DNA of 27,649 nt from a virus. Lineage: Duplodnaviria > Caudoviricetes. How positions within the stretch are numbered: position 1 is the first letter of the stretch; each line of letters begins with the position of its first letter. Below are positions 6,082 to 15,792 of the stretch, piece by piece. The DNA lies in the IMG/VR virus record IMGVR_UViG_3300008255_003926, positions 1-27,649 of that record; one strand, given 5' to 3'. A program made the translations under genes and the position numbers. The notes below the pieces were generated by a model, which saw only the letters and a program-made list of their open reading frames with translations, had not been told where the DNA came from and searched no databases.

Positions 6082-8105
6082 TGGGAAAAGAGTGGACAAC
6101 TGATATTTATGAAGGTCTTGGTAGTGTAGCCGAATCTTTGTCGAATATTGAGAAAACTATAGGTAAATGGAAGGGTAGAATTCCCGCAATCCCTCGTCTT
6201 AATAATGACGAGGAATATGCGAAGCGGATATTAAGAGGTTATGAGTCATTCCATGAAGAAGTAAGTGCTGCTCTTAAGTCCGGAGGAGAAGCTGCGGCAA
6301 GGAAAGTAGTTGCTGGCAACTGGAGGATTAAGAACTTCGGTATGTTCTATGATCTTCCGAAGAGATATGAATCTGCTGCGAAGGATATGTCCGGCGAGGC
6401 CCTGGAGTTCATGCAGGACGTTGGTATAGAAGCTTCACGGGAAGTGCGCACTGCAATTCATCATCTTGGACTTGAAATAGTTGATCCTAAAGTAGGTAGC
6501 GCTTGTAGTCCAGAATACAGATTATATTTTCAACACACGATATCTGAGGGTCCGCCGAGCCAAATATATGAAGTATTTGAACCAGGAATAAGAGGAGAAG
6601 GGATAAAAGGAGAACAAGCTTTAGTAGGGGCTTTCATAAACCATGAGAGCCTAGAAGCAGCCCTTCCTATAGAGTTGGTCCCAAGAGAGCCGGATGTGCC
6701 TCGTCCCAAGAGTCCACAGGGCAAAGTGGCGGCCGCACCGGTTGAGCTTCCTGAAATGGATACCCCCGGCAAAGTAGCTCCCAACCTCGCTACGGAGTCC
6801 CCCGGTCCCACCCCCGGTGCCGGATCCGAGGTTGCGCCAGTCGTCAAACAGCCAAAGCCGGTTACGCAGTCCCTCGAAACCTATGCGGATAGGACGAGGA
6901 GGGCGGCGAGAGTGTTTAGGGGAGGCTCGGAAAGCTTGGAGCCGGGTACATTGAGGAAGGCCGCAGAATCGCTCCAGCGTCCTCTTGGAACGCCGCCTAT
7001 GACGGGGACTCCGACGATGGATTGGTCCGGTAGGAATCCTGAAGTATGGAAAGTCAATCCTTTGGGCGGGCCTCGTGTGCCCCCGGGAGGCGAAGAAGCT
7101 GGATGGTTGGCTTTGGAGGGGAAGGAAATATGGGTTAGGGACTTTCGTGAAAAGCAACTTTCGGAGTTTCTCAAAACAATTGGTACTGACGTCGAGTCTC
7201 CTTATACTGTAAAGACAGGAAGTTTAGGAGTTGAAACGGTAGAAGAATTCCATGGCTCCAATCCGCCCGGAGAGGGTTGGAAAGAGACAAGAAAAGATGT
7301 TTGGCAACGACCTGCCTCCTCGGCAGATATTCAACATCATGAGGCTTTGAGGCGAGAACGAGCAATACAGGAATGGAAAGATTATGTAGAGAAAAATAAG
7401 AAAAGAGCGGAATATAAAAGGAATATATTAAAGGGAAGTGCTCCCGATGCCCCCATGGCGGATGCTGAGATCGCCCACCCTGAACAGTCCCCCGTCGAAA
7501 CCCCCACCCCCGGTGCCGAACACAAAGCTGCCCCCGTCGTCGAAACGGAAACCGTCAAATCTCCTCCCGTCGATACTACCAAGAGCGGAGTAAAACAAGG
7601 CGATGCCGCAAAAGTTACCGCCGGCATAGGTGAGGATTCGACCAAAAGAGTACCGAAAACCGATAAAATCAAAACCAATGTAAGCGATAAATTCGATAAA
7701 TCCGCTTCCGAGGAGGGGTATCCATATTGGGCTAGAAAGGGGGAAGGCCCGATTCCCGGTGGTGAGGGTACCAAGGTTCCGCCAGCACCCGGTCCTAAAG
7801 AGGAAGGCTTCGGTGCTGGGGAGAAAGTGCCACCAAGAGGAGCAAGGGATTCGATGGGGAAAATAGGAAAAGCTTCCGCGCCCCCTCCAAAGCCGCCTCC
7901 TACGAAGAGTATTTCGGCTTTAGGTAAAACGGTCACCGATGCCTCGGCTCTCCGCTTCCTCAAAGGCTCGGCCCTGGCCGCCCTCGCAATCGTCGGAGCG
8001 TCGGCACTGTACAACCACGCGAATAGAAAAAGGAGACGAGATCTACATAGGAGAGATGGACTGGATTTAGGGACCACTGCAAGTCTTATGCATCGTTGGT
8101 ATTGA
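6081..8105 (+). CDS. Hypothetical Pro/Glu/Lys-rich, largely low-complexity protein with a C-terminal transmembrane-like helix (674 aa)
   Basis: RBS GGAGG and TAATG coupling. Pro-rich tracts. C-terminal SALAALAIVGASALY followed by RKRRR. Confidence 0.82.
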   Translation: MGKEWTTDIYEGLGSVAESLSNIEKTIGKWKGRIPAIPRLNNDEEYAKRILRGYESFHEEVSAALKSGGEAAARKVVAGNWRIKNFGMFYDLPKRYESAAKDMSGEALEFMQDVGIEASREVRTAIHHLGLEIVDPKVGSACSPEYRLYFQHTISEGPPSQIYEVFEPGIRGEGIKGEQALVGAFINHESLEAALPIELVPREPDVPRPKSPQGKVAAAPVELPEMDTPGKVAPNLATESPGPTPGAGSEVAPVVKQPKPVTQSLETYADRTRRAARVFRGGSESLEPGTLRKAAESLQRPLGTPPMTGTPTMDWSGRNPEVWKVNPLGGPRVPPGGEEAGWLALEGKEIWVRDFREKQLSEFLKTIGTDVESPYTVKTGSLGVETVEEFHGSNPPGEGWKETRKDVWQRPASSADIQHHEALRRERAIQEWKDYVEKNKKRAEYKRNILKGSAPDAPMADAEIAHPEQSPVETPTPGAEHKAAPVVETETVKSPPVDTTKSGVKQGDAAKVTAGIGEDSTKRVPKTDKIKTNVSDKFDKSASEEGYPYWARKGEGPIPGGEGTKVPPAPGPKEEGFGAGEKVPPRGARDSMGKIGKASAPPPKPPPTKSISALGKTVTDASALRFLKGSALAALAIVGASALYNHANRKRRRDLHRRDGLDLGTTASLMHRWY

Positions 8106-8119
8106 TTCAGGAGGAACCA

Positions 8120-8518
8120 ATGTCAGAAGAACAAAAGGAGCGTCCGTTTTTTATTGATTTTTTACTTCAGCCGGATGATGACGTATTTGGCTACGGGTCC
8201 GAGATGAGCATCGATATGGTCGGCTTTATCGAGCCGACGCCTGACGACTACAAGCCCGGGTTTATTCTTGTGGGAGGGATAAATGCCATCAAAATTATCA
8301 CCGACCTCGGCCCGGATATAATGCCTACGGTTACACTAATGACTAAGAGACCGAATACCCTGCGAACGCTTGATTATTTAGATATGCAACTATTGATAAA
8401 AGCAGCCAGCTTTCGTGGCGCTTTAATTTACGATGAGAGCGAAGTCGGCCCATTATGGATAGACCGATACAACGGAGTGAAGGAGTCGGAAATTGCCGCT
8501 AGCCCAGACATCTTATGA
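8120..8518 (+). CDS. Hypothetical acidic protein (132 aa)
   Basis: ATG at 8120 follows RBS AGGAGG, preferred over the track start at 8096. Fills the gap before terL. Confidence 0.75.
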   Translation: MSEEQKERPFFIDFLLQPDDDVFGYGSEMSIDMVGFIEPTPDDYKPGFILVGGINAIKIITDLGPDIMPTVTLMTKRPNTLRTLDYLDMQLLIKAASFRGALIYDESEVGPLWIDRYNGVKESEIAASPDIL

Positions 8519-10403
8519 CAAGCTAACCTATGATGAAGCCTATGATTTGGTCCTCGCCGCTTGCGAAAAATTAAATAAAGAGCGTGGTGGCGATTACCTG
8601 CATCCTTCCGGTCTTCCGGATGATTTCATAACGCGAGTTAAGGAAGGTTTCCCTCGACTACAATATTGGAAACAGCATCAACCGGTAACATGGTTAACCG
8701 ACGAAGAGGTGGCTTTTACTGAGGACATGCTTGATGATGATCCGGACGGTCGAGCGGAGAAGACATATCTTAGTATCTTAAATGATGTCCCAAAATGGGT
8801 AGAATGGGAATTCGGTGTAGTTTGCCGGCCAATGCAGGCCGAACTTTTACGTTCGGAGGCTTCTCAAATAGTAGTCTTGGACTCCCGACGTATCGGCAAA
8901 TCCTGGGCCGTAATTTTTCTCGCATGTCATTATGCTTATACTCATCCTCAGGCCGAGGTATTGATTCTTGTTCCGTCGGAGAAGCAGCTGAATGAGATTT
9001 TTGAAATAATGCGGAATAAGATATTTACACTGCCCACTTGCCGGCATTTTCGTCCGGTAGCTGAAGGTGGCATTATTACCGTAGACAGAGACAAGCCGAG
9101 TTACGAAATAGCGATTGAGGCCACGCATGGAGCCAGCCGCATAATAGGCAATATTTGTAAGGGTACCATCCGAGGATTTGGATCCGAAAACTCTCTACTT
9201 ATCTATGACGAGTTTGATTTTATTGAGGATAAAAAAGCCATTACCGCCGCAATGGCAATCGCTTCTCAAAACCCCGACATTAGAATTCTGATATCCTCCA
9301 CACCTTCCGGTAAGCGCGGGCAATATTATAGTTTTTGTACCGAACGTGCTCATGGTTATGAGCTACATCAATGGAGTGTTTGGGAGGGTAACGTTAACTG
9401 GTCGGTAGAAATGGCGATTCGTGAAGTTCTTCGGGCTATTGCCGAGGGTCTTGCCGGTTACGAGGACTATGTCCATGAATATGAAGCCGATTTCGGCGAA
9501 GAGATAGGTGGGTGGATTCCGAAAGCCCTTATAGATGAGGCGGTTTCATATCCTACTTTTGAGAATGGGGCGCTGGGTTCGGACTTCTTCGATAATCGTG
9601 GGTGCATCGATCCATCGTCCCCTATTAGAATAATGGGTGTTGATTGGGACAAAATGGGCGAGGCCGGGCCAAGCTTACTGGTGCTCGAGCTGGATCGCAG
9701 AATTTCCAAGATGCGGCCGATTCATGTAGAAGAAGTCCCAAGGGGAGATAAGGTATATGGAGTCGCAGTAAGAAGAATCATTGAGCTGAATGAGCTTCTG
9801 AATCCGCATTATATTCTTTGCGATCCCGGTTCCGGGGAGCGGCAAATTGAAGAATTGCATGAATACGGTGCGGCACACCCTCAGTCCGGTCTTGCTTACA
9901 AGGTAATCAGGGTTCCATTCAATAGCTCAGTCGAAGTCCACGATTATGTTACCCGAGATATTGTTAAAAAGCCGATGAAGCAAGTCATGGCTGCCGAGAT
10001 GCGCCGATGGTTCTATGAGCGTCGAGTAGTTCTTTCCACACACCGTCAGAATTTAACCAAACAATTGCTCGATTATCATGTCGTTAAAATGACGAGGATG
10101 GGGTTATTCGAGTTTACCAGCAAGAATGAACATTTCGTCGACGCTTTTATGCTATGTGTTTACGGAGTTTCCGCCTATTTTGAGTCGATATTCGAGAAAA
10201 TGGTTCCTCCTGTTATTGCAGCTACCGGCAAGACTGCCGGGGATATCGTAAAACAAGATACTTTTAATCCACTTCCAATAGAAACTAAATCCGCGCACCA
10301 GCCCAATATGGCGATTGTGTACCTCAATGGGCGGCCGGTAGCCGATAGACGGTCTACGAATTGGTCGGCGTTTTCCAGATCGGTAGATGGATGGGGTAGA
10401 TAA
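8493..10403 (+). CDS. terL: Terminase large subunit (636 aa)
   Basis: Q motif (RPMQAEL), Walker A DSRRIGKS, Walker B LLIYDEFD, coupling motif ISSTPSG, EYEADF, and RNase H-like nuclease motifs MGVDW, ILCD and HFVDAFML. TTG start after AGGAG. Confidence 0.95.
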   Translation: MPLAQTSYDKLTYDEAYDLVLAACEKLNKERGGDYLHPSGLPDDFITRVKEGFPRLQYWKQHQPVTWLTDEEVAFTEDMLDDDPDGRAEKTYLSILNDVPKWVEWEFGVVCRPMQAELLRSEASQIVVLDSRRIGKSWAVIFLACHYAYTHPQAEVLILVPSEKQLNEIFEIMRNKIFTLPTCRHFRPVAEGGIITVDRDKPSYEIAIEATHGASRIIGNICKGTIRGFGSENSLLIYDEFDFIEDKKAITAAMAIASQNPDIRILISSTPSGKRGQYYSFCTERAHGYELHQWSVWEGNVNWSVEMAIREVLRAIAEGLAGYEDYVHEYEADFGEEIGGWIPKALIDEAVSYPTFENGALGSDFFDNRGCIDPSSPIRIMGVDWDKMGEAGPSLLVLELDRRISKMRPIHVEEVPRGDKVYGVAVRRIIELNELLNPHYILCDPGSGERQIEELHEYGAAHPQSGLAYKVIRVPFNSSVEVHDYVTRDIVKKPMKQVMAAEMRRWFYERRVVLSTHRQNLTKQLLDYHVVKMTRMGLFEFTSKNEHFVDAFMLCVYGVSAYFESIFEKMVPPVIAATGKTAGDIVKQDTFNPLPIETKSAHQPNMAIVYLNGRPVADRRSTNWSAFSRSVDGWGR

Positions 10404-11425
10404 TGAATAATTTATTGAAGACAGGCATAGAATTTCCTTATACTCCAAAGCCTCGCGAAAGTGCCCGCATATCCTCTTCCGTTCTTATTTCCGATACGCT
10501 TTCTTATCTCAATAAGCCCTATGCGAACCCGATTTTATTGACGGCTGCCGTTCTGAGGAAGGGCGGCGGCATCGTTAAGGCGGGCAAGGCTTTGAGAGGC
10601 TACTTATATAAATTGGTCGATGATACGTTTATGGTATCGGTTGCGTCATTGCCGGATAAAGACACCATAATGTCGGGATTATTCGCCACCGATTTTGCAA
10701 AACTGGCATTCGACAAGACGGATATCCTTTCTATGATGGGGTTATTAAATTCTTCGGGCGGGAATGAAGGGCTTAAGAGAATCGTAGAGCATACAATAGG
10801 GTCGATTCGCAAGTTTCTGCAATTTCCCGCTGGAGCCCTTAATGATTTCGAGTATTGCTCCAATGCTCGCAGGATGCTTGGCTTTACCTTGTCGAACGAT
10901 TTAGTGATTCGTGCGAATGGAGCCATAGGAGAGACGCTGACTCTATGTGAAACATTCTCGCAAGCGGCCGGCGAAAATTTTGATATCAACCGGTTGGTTG
11001 CCATTTCTAGTGGAGACGAAGCTGCGGCGGATAGCGTGTTGGAGTATTGCTCTCAAAATGAGGTATTGATCGCGGCCGTTACCCCGGGCAGAATATTTTG
11101 GGAGACGGATAAATCGGGCATATCTCACTACTCTCCCGAAAGCGAGATTATTTATCTTGGAGCGGCTTTGAATAATAACGGAGAAGAGAGAAAGCAAATT
11201 GCTTCATTCGCGGATAATCCGAACGAATGGATAGTCAACAGACTTGCCGATATACGGACCGGTATAGCGATAAGATACGATTACAATAAATTAATGCATA
11301 TGCAAATGCGTGAACTTGAAGTTACTAATGAAGGAATTAATAAGCTCCACAATGCATTCGACGAGACAATGTCGGCAGCTATTGGGGATAATTGGGAAGA
11401 TGATTTGAAAGCGATTTTCGAATGA
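10403..11425 (+). CDS. Hypothetical protein (340 aa)
   Basis: Long ORF with TAATG coupling to the terL stop. No recognisable motif. Confidence 0.8.
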   Translation: MNNLLKTGIEFPYTPKPRESARISSSVLISDTLSYLNKPYANPILLTAAVLRKGGGIVKAGKALRGYLYKLVDDTFMVSVASLPDKDTIMSGLFATDFAKLAFDKTDILSMMGLLNSSGGNEGLKRIVEHTIGSIRKFLQFPAGALNDFEYCSNARRMLGFTLSNDLVIRANGAIGETLTLCETFSQAAGENFDINRLVAISSGDEAAADSVLEYCSQNEVLIAAVTPGRIFWETDKSGISHYSPESEIIYLGAALNNNGEERKQIASFADNPNEWIVNRLADIRTGIAIRYDYNKLMHMQMRELEVTNEGINKLHNAFDETMSAAIGDNWEDDLKAIFE

Positions 11426-12015
11426 GCGATAAAGACAAAATAATAAAGGCTTTGCAGGAAGTTCGAAAACTACTGTACGTACGTAGAGTAGTTTACATGA
11501 GTGAGTCGGTTAAGTATGTCGATTCATGGTCAAGCAAAGTAGGAGTTAGATCGTGGATGGGCTTAAACGCAGGGGAATTACTTCTTGAATCTCTTCTCGA
11601 GGCTACGACACTTGCCAGAAAATCGATAAATAATTCTGCAGTCGTAATAAGAGAGGCCTATGAGACATTGCCGGCGGGGGCGGGGCCGCTAAAGCGAATA
11701 TTCGGAGATGCCATGTCCGCAGCCGAAGACATGGTTAAATCCTTGGATATGGAAATTGAGAAAAGAAATGACGAAATCTCCGCCAGGGCTGATGAAATAA
11801 ACAGAACCATCACATCCCTCGGTAAGGTCAATGCTTTGGATAAGACAATTAAGCTGGTAGAATCGATAATAGGCGTAAAAGACGATATTATTACAAGTGA
11901 CGGACAACCATCGGCAATAAATGACATTATTACTCAGTGGGAGAGTAAGGAATCGATTTCGTTAGATTATCATATAGATACTGACGAACTAGATGGGGTC
12001 CTGAATACAAAATGA
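11422..12015 (+). CDS. Hypothetical helical / coiled-coil protein (197 aa)
   Basis: ATGA overlap with the upstream gene. Heptad-like segment AEDMVKSLDMEIEKRNDEISARADEINRTI. Confidence 0.78.
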   Translation: MSDKDKIIKALQEVRKLLYVRRVVYMSESVKYVDSWSSKVGVRSWMGLNAGELLLESLLEATTLARKSINNSAVVIREAYETLPAGAGPLKRIFGDAMSAAEDMVKSLDMEIEKRNDEISARADEINRTITSLGKVNALDKTIKLVESIIGVKDDIITSDGQPSAINDIITQWESKESISLDYHIDTDELDGVLNTK

Positions 12016-12134
12016 CGGATAGTATAAAACAGATAGATACAATTGTGCATGAATTCGAAGACGAAAGTGATAATTCCAAGTTGAAGAAGATTCTACGTGC
12101 GCTTTTGATTTGGGGGAGGCTTCTGAATGAGTGA
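12012..12134 (+). CDS. Small hypothetical protein (40 aa, MTDSIKQIDTIVHEFEDESDNSKLKKILRALLIWGRLLNE), absent from the ORF track
   Basis: ATGA overlap with the stop at 12013-12015. Its own stop overlaps the portal start by 8 bp, and it fills the gap exactly. Confidence 0.6.
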   Translation: MTDSIKQIDTIVHEFEDESDNSKLKKILRALLIWGRLLNE

Positions 12135-13941
12135 TATTCTCTCTACGGTAGATTTACTTGTAGAGAATATTTTCGCATCCAGAAGGACGCTCTCCAAACG
12201 CACGGACTTGAAGCTTCCTCCGGCCCTACCGCAGGGACATTATCCTCCGGAGCTGAGTGTCGCGACATGGGGGACTGCCCTATACGCGACAAGAGAACAG
12301 TTCGTCGCACCGCCTTTCAATGTAAACGATATCGATATGGCAGTTCGTTTAGACGGGATAGCGGCAAGAGGTATTAATAAGTATGAGCAGTTGATGTTTA
12401 AGGAAGGAGTGCTTCTTGAGGGAGAACGGCCGGAGTTGGTGGATTATGTTTATGGCAGGTTCGCCATATTCGGAGCTCGCGGTCCCGAGACCTTTGATAG
12501 TCTCATGAAGGCAATAGCTTCAGATCTTGTTCGATACTCGAATTGCATACTCGTCAAATCCAGATATCGAACCAATGATATGTCTCAAGTGAACGCTCAG
12601 ATGAAGCTGAGGCTTGGCAGAACATTGAGAGGAGTGACGGGAGTCAATCCCGTAAGCTCTTATTGGCGACAAGAAGTCGGGCAGATTGAAGCAAGGCAGG
12701 ATGATAGAGGAATTCCGATCGAATACCATCAGAAACAGAATGGGGAAGAGGTCGACAAATGGTCGGCCAAAGATGTAGTTCATATAGCTCACGATAAGGC
12801 GGCGAAATCTATTTGGGGCCGGCCGCTTACTCTTCCTGTTATAGATGACATTAAATTACTTCGTAGTATGGAGCATCACGTCGCCGATTTATTTTATAGA
12901 CACCTGAATCCACTGATTCAGGTCGCCGTGAATGAGAAAGATACCGTGCATGGGGGAGCCGCGCCTCCGGGTTATGTAGACCATTATGCTCGCTTGATCA
13001 ACGAAACTCCGCCCAATGGAGTGATAGTTACAGATGGACAAACGGTAATCCATGCTATTCCGGTCGTCGAGGGAATACCGGGAAAGGATTATCTTGATTA
13101 TTTTGCCACTCGTGTCATGCTTGGAATGGGGTTATCGGATGTTGTGCTTGGGGTAGGGAATACGTCAAATCGCGGCACGTCGGATACAATGGTTGCTCAG
13201 ATGCGCGACAATATTAAGTTTTTTCAGGAGTCGGCCGCTTGGCAATTTACCAACTTCATTATTAACGAGCTATTACTCGAGGGCGGTATAGATGTTTTAA
13301 ACCCAAAGAATCGAGTGGAAGCAAAATTCAGAGAAGTGGATGTGGATTTGGCTATTAAGAAAGAGGAACACACTATCTCTTTATGGAACTCCAATCTTAT
13401 CACCCATCTGGAATCCAGATTGAAGATCGGTAAAAAGCCTTTGACACCGGCTGAAGAAAAAGAACTTTACTCCAATAAGGTCGAGAAGGATATGATTCGA
13501 TTTGAGGGAGACGTAAATAAAGATATCGCCCAGACCAAAGTGAACACAATTAACCGGAAGCAGAATGATAAGAGTAAGGCTACGAAAAAAAGGGATTCGA
13601 CAAAGAATTTGAATACGAGCAAAATGAATCCGTCCAATCAACACGGCAAGAAAGTGGGGCCGAAAAGAAAAACCGCCGAAGACGAAGTAGTCGATAATTT
13701 GTTGGGTTGGGCTTCTACTGTCCTTACTGTTGCTATCGATTCAAGGGATGGTGAATTCGATGTTAACAAAGATATCGATAATCCATTGGTAATAGTCGGA
13801 GAAAGAATGCGGTCTCTTGGGTTTGAAGATCTTAATATAGTCGAGTTCGTGATTGCAGGAAGGGAAGCCGTGAAGGAATATCTTGACGGAGCCGATTTGG
13901 CCGAAGCTCTTGGTTCTCGCATTTTCGGAGGTAACGAATAA
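12127..13941 (+). CDS. Portal protein (604 aa)
   Basis: Lies between terL and the prohead protease. Portal-like motifs DLVRYSNCILVK, DVVHIAH...IWGRP, MGLSDVVLG.G..SNRGTSD and LITHLESRLKIGKKPL. RBS GGGAGG. Confidence 0.88.
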   Translation: MSDILSTVDLLVENIFASRRTLSKRTDLKLPPALPQGHYPPELSVATWGTALYATREQFVAPPFNVNDIDMAVRLDGIAARGINKYEQLMFKEGVLLEGERPELVDYVYGRFAIFGARGPETFDSLMKAIASDLVRYSNCILVKSRYRTNDMSQVNAQMKLRLGRTLRGVTGVNPVSSYWRQEVGQIEARQDDRGIPIEYHQKQNGEEVDKWSAKDVVHIAHDKAAKSIWGRPLTLPVIDDIKLLRSMEHHVADLFYRHLNPLIQVAVNEKDTVHGGAAPPGYVDHYARLINETPPNGVIVTDGQTVIHAIPVVEGIPGKDYLDYFATRVMLGMGLSDVVLGVGNTSNRGTSDTMVAQMRDNIKFFQESAAWQFTNFIINELLLEGGIDVLNPKNRVEAKFREVDVDLAIKKEEHTISLWNSNLITHLESRLKIGKKPLTPAEEKELYSNKVEKDMIRFEGDVNKDIAQTKVNTINRKQNDKSKATKKRDSTKNLNTSKMNPSNQHGKKVGPKRKTAEDEVVDNLLGWASTVLTVAIDSRDGEFDVNKDIDNPLVIVGERMRSLGFEDLNIVEFVIAGREAVKEYLDGADLAEALGSRIFGGNE

Positions 13942-15770
13942 TGTCAAAGCAATTAATTGTGGACGAACGCCGGAATTTTGCGTTCGATCTTTCCGATAAT
14001 TCAATACAGATAATGGAGAGCTTCGGGGAGCAGAAAATCTGCGAGTCCGTCGCTCTAGTAGAATTTGCGGACGATGATTCCGGCCGTGAGATTCTGGTTC
14101 CCACAATAATCCCCATGGTAGAAGGTATCAGCCACAATTATAGAGAGTACACAGCCAAAGCCATGAAGGGCGGAAAGTCCAATACTCAGGGGTGGCCTTC
14201 CGGAGTCGCCTCATTCACAATGCCGATCGGTCGTCCGATACTTATCAATCATAGCGTAGAGCCGACCGCTCCGTTTGGCCCGATAGTGGGACGAATTCGT
14301 AAAGCTCAATTCGTTCCGGAAGGGCGCGTAAAAAACGGTGTGCCGGGAGAAGAGCGGGCTCACATTAAGGTATGGCCCGAGATTTCCGATCCGATGGCGG
14401 TAGAGTATGTTAAAAGCGGTAGATTCGAAAGCACCAGTATTTACGTCTCTACTAAAGAGATGGTCTGTTCGGTTTGCAAGAAAGACCTCTATAAACAAAT
14501 GACGAATATTGTGACAAAAGCGAAGAAAGCCGGGAAAAGAGGAGAGGCTTTTCAGGAAACCATCTCCGAAATGCTTGTCGACGTAGCCGATACGGATGAA
14601 ATGTGTACTCATATTCCAGGTATGGCATATGATAACAAGCTTTGCTATTTTACGGTAGGTCCGTTTTGGGATAAAGAAGTTTCATTTGTACCAATACCGG
14701 GTATTGATGCCGCTCGGGTAATCGATAGAGGCATCAAAGAATCTGCCCCGGCCCGGCATTTTTGGCCAAGTGTAGGTTTTATTGAAGATGACGATTTCTT
14801 ACAATACGATAGCGGGTTGATCTTGGTTAAAGAGAGCTTCGAGATACCCGACAATAAGGAAGTTGAGCCTATGAATCCTAAGAATAAGTTCAAAGGAACT
14901 GAATGGGAAGGATGGACTGAAGAGGACCAAAAGATGGTCGATGAGCTGGAGGCTCAGATTACGGATCAGCTCATCAAGGATGGCTATTTCGAATCCGACG
15001 AAGCGGCTTATATGCTTGAGGACTTGGATGAGAAGAAGCTAACCACCGCCGCTCGCAACAAAATGAAGTCGAGCACGTTCTGCGGTCCCGACAAGAGCTT
15101 TCCCGTTCCTGATTGCAAACATGTAGCCGTTGCCAAGACTTACCTTGGCCGCTACAAAGGTCCCGGCGACAAGAATAAGATACTTTCTTGTGTTAACCGT
15201 AAAGCAAAAGCACTTGGATGCTCTAGCTCTAAGGACGATAAAAAGAAAGAGTCCGACACCGTGGCCGAGGACATTTTTGAGAAAGTTGTTAATGGAGAAA
15301 CCAAAGTCTCCGAATTACAGCTTCCTGAGCTTGTTAAAGTTGCGACCGACGCGAAATCCGAATTTGAATCTCTGACGAAGCTTTATGAAACCGAGCTCGC
15401 GGAGAAGGACAAGGAAATTACCGGTTTGGTCGCAGAAAAAGATAAGCTTATTAGTGAAAGAGATACTCGTATTATTGAATTGAATGAGCTGAAAGAGTCC
15501 ATTCGAGACAAGAAAATCGAGGATTTCAAAGAAGCTTTTGGGAAAGAACTCTCCGAAGCCCAAATGGGTATTTTGGATAGTTTACCCATAGAAGAGGTCG
15601 AGAAGTTTACGGAATTGTTAATAGTCGGTGCGCTCTCCAATACGGAATGTTTGACGCCGGATAATCCTGGTGCGGGAAAAGAAGGGACCACCAAACTCGG
15701 TGACCCCCCGGCTATAAAGCCAGGCACGACTATTCGTTCAAAAAGGTTAGAGAACCTTATTATTCGTTAG
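13941..15770 (+). CDS. Prohead protease fused to a scaffold region (609 aa)
   Basis: HNYREYT, GRPILINH, IVGRI, V.SGRFESTSI (candidate catalytic Ser), CSVC...CTH..G...C metal cluster and KEVSFVPIPG. Acidic coiled-coil C-terminal half. Confidence 0.85.
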   Translation: MSKQLIVDERRNFAFDLSDNSIQIMESFGEQKICESVALVEFADDDSGREILVPTIIPMVEGISHNYREYTAKAMKGGKSNTQGWPSGVASFTMPIGRPILINHSVEPTAPFGPIVGRIRKAQFVPEGRVKNGVPGEERAHIKVWPEISDPMAVEYVKSGRFESTSIYVSTKEMVCSVCKKDLYKQMTNIVTKAKKAGKRGEAFQETISEMLVDVADTDEMCTHIPGMAYDNKLCYFTVGPFWDKEVSFVPIPGIDAARVIDRGIKESAPARHFWPSVGFIEDDDFLQYDSGLILVKESFEIPDNKEVEPMNPKNKFKGTEWEGWTEEDQKMVDELEAQITDQLIKDGYFESDEAAYMLEDLDEKKLTTAARNKMKSSTFCGPDKSFPVPDCKHVAVAKTYLGRYKGPGDKNKILSCVNRKAKALGCSSSKDDKKKESDTVAEDIFEKVVNGETKVSELQLPELVKVATDAKSEFESLTKLYETELAEKDKEITGLVAEKDKLISERDTRIIELNELKESIRDKKIEDFKEAFGKELSEAQMGILDSLPIEEVEKFTELLIVGALSNTECLTPDNPGAGKEGTTKLGDPPAIKPGTTIRSKRLENLIIR

Positions 15771-15792
15771 AACCTGTTGAGGTGATTTTAAA

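Noticed and set aside
7382-8077. 231-aa minus-strand ORF and the other minus-strand or alternate-frame ORFs in the track
   Set aside because: They are shadows of coupled, RBS-bearing + strand genes and carry no recognisable motifs.
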